DNA of 32,018 nt, from assembly GCA_944373135.1 (NCBI GenBank), contig CALWAM010000003.1, positions 1 through 32,018 of the forward strand. The letters run 5' to 3'. The translations under genes were made by a program, and so were the position numbers. Within the stretch, counting starts at the first letter, position 1. Every line of letters starts with the position of its first letter. Positions 1 through 9,073 of the stretch are shown here, piece after piece. This DNA comes from an uncultured Bacilli bacterium (GTDB lineage: Bacteria > Bacillota_I > Bacilli_A > RF39 > UBA660). The notes beneath the pieces are model-generated. The model did no database searches. It was not told the origin of the DNA and worked only from the letters and a program-made list of their open reading frames with translations.

Positions 1-671
1 TTAATATCATCATTTAAATTCATTTCATATAATATTTTACCATTTTTCAATGAAACTATCTCAACTCTATCAGTACTATCTTCGATTTTAACCATAGCAT
101 ATAAATCATCACTATATTCATTATCAGAAACAACCACATTAATATAATCAGCTGTAACACTATAAATTAGCTCTCCATCAGTGTTCATTATTCCTTCTTT
201 ATCATTTGCAAAATCAGAAAATTCAAAAAAACCGTTACCGATATAATTAAGGTCATAACCCTCTGGCGAAATCTTATTTAATTCATTATCATATAACTCA
301 CCACTAATATTCCAAATGCCCAAGTCTTCATAATATTCAGGAGCAAAAACACCAGCTTGATCCAAAACAACTTTTCCTTCAGCATCTATCATTTGATACC
401 AAAGAGAATCCGCGTCTTTCTTTACAACTGCATATTTACCATTAAAATCATACGCTATATCATACATCGGAGTAATTAACATCTTACCTTCACTAGTAAT
501 ATAGCCATATTTATCATCATCTTTAATTAAAATAGGATTATTAACAATTATATTTAAATTACTACTACTTTTCTCTTCCTTATTAAATAAAATGTACCCG
601 ACAATTAAACCAGTAACCAATACTATTCCAATTATAATAATTAGAAACAATTTATTGTTTATCTTTAGCAT
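1..671 (-). CDS. Membrane-anchored WG-repeat-like protein, 3' end runs off the window; possibly the downstream part of a frameshifted gene starting at 819
   Basis: Manual translation from ATG 671 is open to the window edge: MLKINNKLFLIIIIGIVLVTGLIVGYILF (TM) ... KYGYITSEGKMLITPMYDIAYDF (WG-repeat-like). Not in the ORF track because it is truncated. Confidence 0.7.
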   Translation of the reverse strand, partial: MLKINNKLFLIIIIGIVLVTGLIVGYILFNKEEKSSSNLNIIVNNPILIKDDDKYGYITSEGKMLITPMYDIAYDFNGKYAVVKKDADSLWYQMIDAEGKVVLDQAGVFAPEYYEDLGIWNISGELYDNELNKISPEGYDLNYIGNGFFEFSDFANDKEGIMNTDGELIYSVTADYINVVVSDNEYSDDLYAMVKIEDSTDRVEIVSLKNGKILYEMNLNDDI

Positions 672-819
672 TCAAATTAACTGCATTATTACTGTTATCC
701 ATACTTAAGTTAAGATAATTTTTATTTAAAATTTCCGATTGATTATTCATATTATTAATATTATTATTTATATCAGTATTCATATTATTTATTTGATTAT
801 CATTTAAACTATTATTCAT
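652..819 (-). CDS. 55-aa Asn-rich ORF, probable N-terminal fragment of the WG-repeat gene
   Basis: GGTGA RBS 6 nt before ATG 819, just after the upstream stop at 832; MNNSLNDNQINNMNTDINNN...NAKDKQ*; overlaps the TM-encoding frame. Confidence 0.5.
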   Translation of the reverse strand: MNNSLNDNQINNMNTDINNNINNMNNQSEILNKNYLNLSMDNSNNAVNLNAKDKQ

Positions 820-831
820 ATTCAGTCACCG

Positions 832-1725
832 TCACTTAAACAAATTTAATAAATCATCTAGATCACTTGTGGCAGAACCTAAAAACATTTCTAAGCATAT
901 ATATCCTGTTATTACTCCAATAATTGCTAAGCAGATAAAATTAAAATAATATTTTATATTTCCATCTAAAATTATTTCATTATTCATTGTTTCATATAAT
1001 AAAATTAATGTATATACTATACCTATAATTAACACTGGCAAACTTAACTTGTCCCAAATTATACCCATTAACGGAGATAAAATCAAAAAAGATAAAAACA
1101 TAGGTATCATTGCTAATGATGAAATTCCTAATAATCTAGAAAAATTACTTTGTTTTTTAAATATTAATCCTACTAAATAATATATTGCCGCAACACCAAC
1201 GATTATTCCTAAATATATAAAAAAGTTTTTAAAAATCAACTCTAAATAATTTATTTCCTTTAAATTTTCCCATGCCCATTCTGTCTCATAACCACCAGTT
1301 GACCAATTTAAGCTTTTAATTCTAACCACACTAACTATTGTTTTCACAAAGTTTAAAAGCATTCCTATTGCTGAAACAATTAAAGTAATAAGTACTGAAT
1401 TTTTAAATTCATTAAATTTTTTTAATTCTTCCTTAAATCCCGTAAATGGTTTCAGTAATACTGCTAAAATAATACTAAAATAATTTATCACAGTAATTGC
1501 GCTACTAACTTGCGTATTTACTGGTTGATTTTGACTCGTTACATTTTGATTACTTTCAATAATTTGTTGATTAATTATATTTTGATTTACATTACTACTA
1601 TCGGCATTTGCATTCATAGTAACATCATATAATACTTCTTCATTTACAATCTTAGTTCCGCATTTAACACAAAACCTCGTCCCTGGATTATTAATATTTC
1701 CACACTTTGGACAATTCATATTCAT
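832..1725 (-). CDS. Zinc-ribbon / Yip1-like membrane protein
   Basis: N-terminal CPKC...FCVKCG zinc ribbon, Asn/Gln-rich linker, then about 5-6 TM segments beginning VLLKPFTGF. GGAGG RBS favours ATG 1725 over GTG 1737. Confidence 0.7.
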   Translation of the reverse strand: MNMNCPKCGNINNPGTRFCVKCGTKIVNEEVLYDVTMNANADSSNVNQNIINQQIIESNQNVTSQNQPVNTQVSSAITVINYFSIILAVLLKPFTGFKEELKKFNEFKNSVLITLIVSAIGMLLNFVKTIVSVVRIKSLNWSTGGYETEWAWENLKEINYLELIFKNFFIYLGIIVGVAAIYYLVGLIFKKQSNFSRLLGISSLAMIPMFLSFLILSPLMGIIWDKLSLPVLIIGIVYTLILLYETMNNEIILDGNIKYYFNFICLAIIGVITGYICLEMFLGSATSDLDDLLNLFK

Positions 1726-2262
1726 AAATACCTCCACTTTCCTTACTTACAACTTTTAGTGCCTTAAATATTTATTTACATTTATCACTCCTTTATGTTT
1801 GATTTCTAGTTACCTTAATAACAGCACAAACTCTATAATTAACCAAATTATAACATATTAAAAAGAACTAATATATATTTCATTTTAAACTTGACACATT
1901 ATTTCTAAAAAATATTACGAAACAACCAATTTATTTACTTAATATAATATTTAGATATTATAATGTTTTAAAAATTTATGTTATATTATATAGTTTCTAA
2001 TAGAAAAAAACTTTTTACTATAATCTTTTATTATTAATAATTCTATTTTTATAACACTATTTGCAATCTTTACGAATTTATTATTACTATATTAACTTTA
2101 TAAAAACAATTTTCTATCAATTAAATTACAATTTTACCTCAAATTTCTTATATATTTATACAACTCAATAAAACATTATACTTACCTAACAACCACAAAC
2201 ACATTCTTATATCACAATCTTAAATCATTGGAAAGTTACGATTATAATATGCAAAAAAGAAG

Positions 2263-3549
2263 TTATTTTTTTAGTTCAATAACTTCTTTTCCACCCATAT
2301 ATGGTCTTAACACTTCAGGAATAACTACACTACCGTCACTTTGATAATTATTTTCAAGTACAGCAATCAAACCTCTCGGCGTTGCTACTACTGTATTATT
2401 TAAGGTATGTAAATAATAATTTCCTTTATCATTTTTAACTCTAATACCTAAACGTCTAGCTTGAGCATCACCTAAATTAGAGCAACTTGCTACTTCAAAA
2501 TATTTCTTTTGTCTAGGACTCCAAGCTTCAATATCACAAGACTTGACTTTTAAATCTGCCAAATCCCCACTACAACATTCAAGTTGTCTAACTGGTACAT
2601 TCCAAGATCTAAACAATTCTACCGTTAATTTCCACATCTTATTATACCAATTCATAGATTCTTCTGGCTTACATAAAACAACCATTTCTTGTTTTTCAAA
2701 TTGATGAACTCTATATAAACCTCTTTCTTCTATTCCATGACTTCCTACTTCTTTTCTAAAACAAGGTGAATAAGATGTCATATTAATTGGTAATTGTTCC
2801 TCTTTTAATATTTGATCTTTAAATTTACCAATCATAGAATGTTCACTAGTACCTATAAGATATAAATCTTCTCCTTCTATTTTATACATCATAGCATCCA
2901 TTTCTTCAAAACTCATAACTCCAGTAACAACATCACTTCTAATCATAAATGGTGGAATACAATAAGTAAAACCATGATTAATCATAAAATCTCTAGCATA
3001 AGCAAGCATTGCTTCATGAAGTCTTGCAATATCTCCCATTAAATAATAAAATCCTTCTCCACTAGTTCTTCCAGCACTTTCTTTATCTAATCCATTAAAA
3101 TTAGCAATAATATCAGCGTGATATGGTATTTCATAATCTGGCACTTTTGCTTCTCCAAATCTTTCAACTTCAACATTCTCACTATCATCTTTACCAATCG
3201 GAACACTACTATCCATAATATTAGGAATTACCATCATTCTTTTTTTTATTTCTTTTTTTAGTTCTTCTTTTCTAATTTCCAGATTATTTATTTCATCGCT
3301 CATTTTATTAATTTCTTTTTTTATTTCATCAACTTTATCTAACTCTTTATTTTTAACTAAAACACCTATTTCCCCACTTAACTTATTTTTTTTAGCTTTT
3401 AAACTATCAGATTTAGTTTGTACTTCTCTTACTTCTATATCCATATCATAAACTTCATCTACTAAATGTAATTTATGATCTTGAAACTTTTTTATAATAT
3501 TATCCTTTACTAATTCTTTATTATTTCTAATTATATTGATATCTATCAT
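2263..3549 (-). CDS. serS: Seryl-tRNA synthetase
   Basis: MIDINIIRNN start, coiled-coil arm, YLIGTSEH, CFRKEVGSHG..RGLYRVHQFEKQE, EVASCSN, HTLNNT, VIPEVLRPYMGG. Confidence 0.98.
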   Translation of the reverse strand: MIDINIIRNNKELVKDNIIKKFQDHKLHLVDEVYDMDIEVREVQTKSDSLKAKKNKLSGEIGVLVKNKELDKVDEIKKEINKMSDEINNLEIRKEELKKEIKKRMMVIPNIMDSSVPIGKDDSENVEVERFGEAKVPDYEIPYHADIIANFNGLDKESAGRTSGEGFYYLMGDIARLHEAMLAYARDFMINHGFTYCIPPFMIRSDVVTGVMSFEEMDAMMYKIEGEDLYLIGTSEHSMIGKFKDQILKEEQLPINMTSYSPCFRKEVGSHGIEERGLYRVHQFEKQEMVVLCKPEESMNWYNKMWKLTVELFRSWNVPVRQLECCSGDLADLKVKSCDIEAWSPRQKKYFEVASCSNLGDAQARRLGIRVKNDKGNYYLHTLNNTVVATPRGLIAVLENNYQSDGSVVIPEVLRPYMGGKEVIELKK

Positions 3550-3983
3550 AATTTTCTCTCTCCTTCTAAATCAATAACATATTGTTCTATTTCTTTAATA
3601 TGATCTCTTTGATATAACAAATGATATTCTGGTATAGAAACAGATTTATTAAAATAAGCTCCATTAGCTAAAGCAACACTTTTACTTGCTATATTATCTT
3701 CATTAATAGCTAAATATACTTTCTTAATCTTATAATGTTTTAAAACTAATAACAATAATTTTAATGCTCTTTTAGCAATGCCTCTACCTTGATATCGCTC
3801 CTTTATTTCATAGCCAACATTACCAGTATGTAAAACATCTGTTTCATATTTACGATAACTAATTCTCCCAACTATTTCATTTGTTTTTAACAATTTTATT
3901 TCAAACGATAAAAACTCAATTCCCGGTTTATGAATTAAAGCTATTTCCTCATCTCTAATAATTTCGTTATCTATAATTACCAC
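3546..3983 (-). CDS. GNAT-family (RimJ/RimL-like) N-acetyltransferase
   Basis: GNVGYEIKERYQGRGIA (acetyl-CoA motif A), DNIASKSVALANGA; stop overlaps serS start (ATGA). Start codon uncertain. Confidence 0.85.
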   Translation of the reverse strand: MVIIDNEIIRDEEIALIHKPGIEFLSFEIKLLKTNEIVGRISYRKYETDVLHTGNVGYEIKERYQGRGIAKRALKLLLLVLKHYKIKKVYLAINEDNIASKSVALANGAYFNKSVSIPEYHLLYQRDHIKEIEQYVIDLEGERKL

Positions 3984-3991
3984 ATCCTTTT

Positions 3992-4190
3992 AAAAAAAGA
4001 CACCCAATATATGCTAAGGAACATATACTGCGGTGCCATCCTTATTTTACTTAATTTATATAACGGTTTTACCCGGAAATTATTAATTTCACTAAAAAGT
4101 AGATTCATAAATTATCTTTAATTCATTTCCACCATCCATGAACTCTCTATCTAAATATAATTTATTACTAATCTTTTATAATCGCTTTAA
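3992..4190 (-). promoter_or_regulatory. T-box riboswitch, serine-specific
   Basis: AGTA box (4166-4169), AGAGAG and GGTGGAA stem I boxes, specifier GAA-UCU-A (Ser codon 4101-4103), T-box AAGGAUGGCACCGC (4030-4043) with antiterminator AAGGA/UCCUU, terminator hairpin plus U7 (3992-3998). Bulge UGGC matches the G73 discriminator of tRNA-Ser. Confidence 0.92.
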
Positions 4191-4197
4191 TGCTTAA

Positions 4198-4226
4198 ATT
4201 ATAAGCTTTTATTTATTATCTGTCAA
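4198..4226 (-). promoter_or_regulatory. SigA promoter for T-box-GNAT-serS
   Basis: Perfect TTGACA-N17-TATAAT. Confidence 0.85.
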
Positions 4227-4310
4227 TATCATTGAATATTTTATCTTAAAGGTAATATAAAATCATGAATTATTAAATATTATATTTTAAATATAATTAG
4301 CATTTATGGC

Positions 4311-5023
4311 TTATTTTTTCATTTTTCTATTATATATAGCACTATTATTTTTACCATTTTTCTTAATGTAGTATAAGGCAACATCTGCTTCCTCAATAGT
4401 TTCATGAATAGTTTTATCTTTATTATAAATTGAAATTCCTGCTGAAAAAGATAAATTTAAACCATTACTATTTATATTAAACATTTTATTTATTCTATCC
4501 ATACGCCTTTTTACTATACTAGTATTATCAGTATCAAAAATAATCAAAAATTCTTCTCCTCCATACCTTCCGGCAAAGTCATTAGCCTCAATATTCTCAT
4601 TAATAATTTTACCAGCATACTTAATACTTGATCACCAGTTTTATGACCATAACTATCATTAACATTTTTAAAATCATCAATATCACATAAGACAAAAACA
4701 CTTGTTCTTTCTAATTTTGATAAAAATTCTTCTAAATCTTGTCTTGTTGCTAAACCCGTTAATTTATCTCTTTTTAAAACTGATATATACTTAAAATAAC
4801 TTGTAACATCTTCTAAATATTCTAACTTACTATCTACTTTTTTTATTTTTATATTTTTTTGCTTATTTTCATAATATTTATTTCTATATTTAAATATATT
4901 ATTACCAATTTTTGTTCTAGTCATCTTTAAGTAATTTTCACTTTGAATTGTTTTATCTTTATAAGTTATTTTAAATTCCCATCCCAAATTAGAAAGAACT
5001 TTTTTTACATTATTTAAAGACAA
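4311..5023 (-). pseudogene. GGDEF diguanylate cyclase split by a 1-nt frameshift near 4612-4616
   Basis: Frame 1: DKLTGL, DIDDFKNVNDSYGHKTGDQVL. Other frame: GKIINENIEANDFAGRYGGEEFLIIF...SFSAGI...ADVALYYIKKNGKN. GAGGTG RBS favours TTG 5023. Confidence 0.85.
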
Positions 5024-5042
5024 GAAAACCACCTCAACAGAA

Positions 5043-5071
5043 ATTATAATTTATATGAATAAAAATGTCAA
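5043..5071 (-). promoter_or_regulatory. SigA promoter of the GGDEF gene
   Basis: Perfect TTGACA-N17-TATAAT. Confidence 0.8.
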
Positions 5072-5097
5072 AAACCAAAAAAAATAAAGATTCTAAC

Positions 5098-5511
5098 CTA
5101 ATTAAAATCTTTATTTATAATGTTTTTTATTGCCATATAAGGTAATAAAGCACAAGTCTTTCTATTATTTTGTTTATATATTTCATTAAAACAATTACTC
5201 ATACCTAAAATATTTTCATCATACTTATTTCCATTTATCATTTCATTATAATTATAAATAATACTTTTAACTTCATTTAAATCTTTACCAATTATACTTC
5301 TTAACATTACACTACTACTAGCTATACATATAGCACAAGCTTCCCCCTCAAAATAACCATTTACTACTTTATTATCTTTAATTTTTATATATATATCTAT
5401 GTTATCAATACAAGAAACATTTCTACTATTTTCTTTTATATAATCATTACTAGGAATTTCTCTATGGAAAGGATGTAAATAATTATCCATAATTATATCT
5501 CTATTACTCAT
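5098..5511 (-). CDS. sufU: SUF system NifU-like sulfurtransferase/scaffold
   Basis: IIMDNYLHP, SCID, GEACAICIASSS, RKTCALL; coupled to sufS. Confidence 0.92.
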   Translation of the reverse strand: MSNRDIIMDNYLHPFHREIPSNDYIKENSRNVSCIDNIDIYIKIKDNKVVNGYFEGEACAICIASSSVMLRSIIGKDLNEVKSIIYNYNEMINGNKYDENILGMSNCFNEIYKQNNRKTCALLPYMAIKNIINKDFN

Positions 5512-6710
5512 TAAATCATCTCTTCTACTATTTTTTCTTTATTACTTAATAATTTTACTAATCTATCAATGTCATCTTTAGTATTATAAAAATATAAACT
5601 GACTCTCACTGTATTATTGACTCCTATTTTATCTTTTAATATCTTTGCACAATGATTACCAGCTCTAACACAAACATTATATTTATTTAAATAAACAGCA
5701 ACATCTTGACTAAAAATACCATCAACATTAAATGCTACAATTCCTGAATCTCCTTCTTCATTAATAATATCTATATAATCAAGGGATTCTAATCCATCTA
5801 TTAAATATCTTCTTAATTCTTGTTCATAATTACTTATTTTATCCAAACCTATTTTATTTAAATATAAAGCTGCTTTCCCAAGACCGATAGCCCCAGCAAT
5901 ATTAGGAGTACCGGCTTCTAATCTAAATGGTAATTCTTTTAAATATACTTCATTCTCATTATCAAAAGATTCATTCATTCCTCCTCCTAAATTAGTAGGT
6001 CTTAATTCTTCTAATAATTCCTTTTTACCATACAATACCCCAATACCAGTTGGACCACACATCTTATGACCAGAAAAAGCTAAAAAATCAATATCACTAT
6101 CAATTACATCCGTTTTTTTATGACCTATACTTTGAGCTCCATCTACAACAACAAAGATATTGTTTTGGTGAGCAAAACTTGTTATTTCCTTAATAGGACG
6201 TACATCCCCAATAACATTTGTAATTTCTGCTAATGCAATAACTTTAGTTTTATCACTAACTGCTCTTTTAATATTATCTAAAGTAACATAATTATTATTA
6301 TCTAAATCAACATATTTAATAACTATTCCATTAGTATTAGCTAATCTAAACCAAGGAAGAACATTACTAGCATGTTCGCTTTTACTAATAATAACTTCAT
6401 CTCCCGGCTCTAAGAAATTTTTAAAAAAGCCATTAACAATCATATTTAAAGATTCCGTAGCACCAGAAGTAAAAACAATTTCTTCTCTTTCCCTAGCGTT
6501 AATAAAATCTTTAATAATATTCCGTGCTTTTTCATATTCTTGATCAACTAGTAATGAGATATCATAATCTCCCCGATGAGCATTTCCACTATAATTTTCA
6601 TAATAATCTACCATACTTTCAATTACTTCATAAGGTTTAAAAGTAGTAGCACCATTATCTAAATAAACAATATCTTTTTTTAACATTGGAAAATCTTCTC
6701 TATTCATCAT
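5511..6710 (-). CDS. sufS: Cysteine desulfurase, SufS type
   Basis: REDFPML, YLDNGATT, EHASN, FSGHKMCGPTGIG, EAGTP, VRAGNHCA (class II). Confidence 0.95.
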   Translation of the reverse strand: MMNREDFPMLKKDIVYLDNGATTFKPYEVIESMVDYYENYSGNAHRGDYDISLLVDQEYEKARNIIKDFINAREREEIVFTSGATESLNMIVNGFFKNFLEPGDEVIISKSEHASNVLPWFRLANTNGIVIKYVDLDNNNYVTLDNIKRAVSDKTKVIALAEITNVIGDVRPIKEITSFAHQNNIFVVVDGAQSIGHKKTDVIDSDIDFLAFSGHKMCGPTGIGVLYGKKELLEELRPTNLGGGMNESFDNENEVYLKELPFRLEAGTPNIAGAIGLGKAALYLNKIGLDKISNYEQELRRYLIDGLESLDYIDIINEEGDSGIVAFNVDGIFSQDVAVYLNKYNVCVRAGNHCAKILKDKIGVNNTVRVSLYFYNTKDDIDRLVKLLSNKEKIVEEMI

Positions 6711-6774
6711 CCACCTCCTATATTCTATAATATTTTATTCTAAATAAATACCATCACTTATATTTATACCCAAA

Positions 6775-7359
6775 TTAATTAGAACTTGTATTATCACTAG
6801 TATTATTTCTAACATAAAATAATTCAATCCATGACTTAATTATTTCTTCACTCTTATTACCTTCTATCGCCCCAGTAACACTACCATTTTTTATAACATA
6901 AGTTGTAGGAGTTCCTTCAATATAAATATAATTACCTAAATCTTTCTTTTCGTCTATACTTAAATTACTCGTATTTAAAACATATATTTTTTGTTCTAAA
7001 CTATTTAAAGCATCTTCTAAAGTAGGAAGAAAAGCCTTGCAAAAACTACAACCATCTTTAACAACAACTACCATACTTTTTTTTGTTGACTCAAATAACT
7101 TTTTAAAACCATTATAATTAATATTTGTTAAAGTATCAGTTAATGAAGGTAACTTAGTATCATCACTAACATTAACATCTGGTTCTGGTTGTTTATCTTG
7201 ATCAATTAGGGAATTACCATAATCACTTTCTTCATCAATAGTTGGATAATCTATTTGTTCTAAATTATTTCTTTGACTAAATAAATAAATACAACCTCCT
7301 AAAATCATAATTATCATTAACACCATTAACACTTTTAATATTAAATCTTTTCTTTTCAT
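6775..7359 (-). CDS. Membrane-anchored thioredoxin-fold protein
   Basis: N-terminal TM, acidic linker, CSFC motif, IEGTPT cis-Pro loop. Confidence 0.8.
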   Translation of the reverse strand: MKRKDLILKVLMVLMIIMILGGCIYLFSQRNNLEQIDYPTIDEESDYGNSLIDQDKQPEPDVNVSDDTKLPSLTDTLTNINYNGFKKLFESTKKSMVVVVKDGCSFCKAFLPTLEDALNSLEQKIYVLNTSNLSIDEKKDLGNYIYIEGTPTTYVIKNGSVTGAIEGNKSEEIIKSWIELFYVRNNTSDNTSSN

Positions 7360-7361
7360 TA

Positions 7362-9068
7362 TTATTCCTCCATTTGTAAATAACTAATAATTGAATTAGC
7401 TATATTATCCCCTATTCTTTGTAAATTTGCAACTATCCATTTCGCATCATCCATTTGATCATGATAAGCAACCTCAATCATTAACCCTCTTTTAACATTT
7501 AAAGGATTTATTTCCCCTAAACTACCATCTGAAAATAATACCCCATTAGATAATGTCTTATAATTATAAGGATAAATACTATTTAAATTTTTAAATATAT
7601 TGGCTGCAGCATCATAAGCAAGTGAATTTTCATCATGAACATAAACCAGTACTCCTTGACTGGTGTGATTAGGACTACCATTAGAATGTATAGCCACATG
7701 TAAATCAGCTCCTACACTCCTTGATTCTCTCGCCCAATCTAACATTTTATTAGGAGCATCGGGATTATTCCTATAAACTATTATCCCCGCCTCTTTTAAC
7801 TTTTCATAAACAATATCTCCTAATTTATTCATCATTTCTCTTTCATTCGTATAACCACTACCACTAATTCCATAATTATCATATTGATTAGACGGACTCA
7901 AATATACTACCGGGGTTTTACTCTTAGTCTTGATTTCATAAGATCTTACTGCACTATCTAAATATCCGTTTTTCTTCGCCGCTACTTTTAAAGTCATGCC
8001 ATTACTTACTTCAAATGCCCCAGTATAGATAAAACCATTAGTTAAAGGATCACTATTATCCAAAGTATAAAAAATAGTTGCTCCTTCAGTTAAAGTATTC
8101 AAACTAATTAATGATTTATCTTTAATATTATTTTCGTAATAATTTAAATATACCGGTGCTACTTCAGCTACACCTAAAACTTTAATGTTTACCACATCTT
8201 TTTTAGCAATTTCATCATAATCCAAGTATTTAGCTACTACTTCTAAAGTATAGTCAGTATTTTCTTTAAAATATCTAACTGGTATCTTAACACTTCCATC
8301 TTCAACCCTAAATTCTTTAATAAATTTTTTATCTTGATACAAATTTAGTATCATTGATGTACTTCCTTTACCACCACTAACCTTAACTAAAATATCTTCT
8401 AAATAAAATGGTTCATTATCACTTATATTATCAAAGTAAACATCCTCTACTAAAACCGGATTATTATAAAAATTATAAATACTTATTATTCTTCCTTTAG
8501 AATTCTTTAAAATTGCCGTAAGCCTTCCTTCATAATCATTAATTATATCTTTACTAATAAATACTTGTTCACTTTCAACATTAGTCTTATAAATTATATT
8601 ATCTCGATAAATGACATTTAATTCTAATCTTTCTTTAATCCCCTCTATTAGTAATAAAAAGTCTCCATCACCAACAATATACTCATTTTCCTTAAAACTC
8701 GCCTCTTTCGACATATAATTATAAATGTTTGATTCTTTACTTTCTCTTTCATTACCAGCAACAACTTTAAAACTAATTTCTTCATTATAACTTAAATATA
8801 AATTATTTAAAGAAACTTTATTATCATCAGTTTTTTCATAAAATATAACATTATCATTTTCATCTATACCATAAACCTCATAATATGAAGCATTATCTAA
8901 CTTTTCATATTTTAAATATAAATTACTATTGTCTTCGACTAATCCAATTATTTTAAAATCATCTAACTTATACCAAAATATACCTAAATACAAAAATAAA
9001 AAACAAATAATTGTACTTAGTAATAACAATAAACTAACTAAGATAATTATTTGTTTTTTCTTCATCAT
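7362..9068 (-). CDS. Membrane-anchored N-acetylmuramoyl-L-alanine amidase (Amidase_3-like) with FN3-like and chitobiase/FN3-associated domains
   Basis: N-terminal TM; GATIFYTLDNSDP...LKVAAKKNG; C-terminal VYLSPSNQ, ERE, LHVAIHSNG, MIEVAYHD. Confidence 0.8.
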   Translation of the reverse strand: MMKKKQIIILVSLLLLLSTIICFLFLYLGIFWYKLDDFKIIGLVEDNSNLYLKYEKLDNASYYEVYGIDENDNVIFYEKTDDNKVSLNNLYLSYNEEISFKVVAGNERESKESNIYNYMSKEASFKENEYIVGDGDFLLLIEGIKERLELNVIYRDNIIYKTNVESEQVFISKDIINDYEGRLTAILKNSKGRIISIYNFYNNPVLVEDVYFDNISDNEPFYLEDILVKVSGGKGSTSMILNLYQDKKFIKEFRVEDGSVKIPVRYFKENTDYTLEVVAKYLDYDEIAKKDVVNIKVLGVAEVAPVYLNYYENNIKDKSLISLNTLTEGATIFYTLDNSDPLTNGFIYTGAFEVSNGMTLKVAAKKNGYLDSAVRSYEIKTKSKTPVVYLSPSNQYDNYGISGSGYTNEREMMNKLGDIVYEKLKEAGIIVYRNNPDAPNKMLDWARESRSVGADLHVAIHSNGSPNHTSQGVLVYVHDENSLAYDAAANIFKNLNSIYPYNYKTLSNGVLFSDGSLGEINPLNVKRGLMIEVAYHDQMDDAKWIVANLQRIGDNIANSIISYLQMEE

Positions 9069-9073
9069 ACTAC

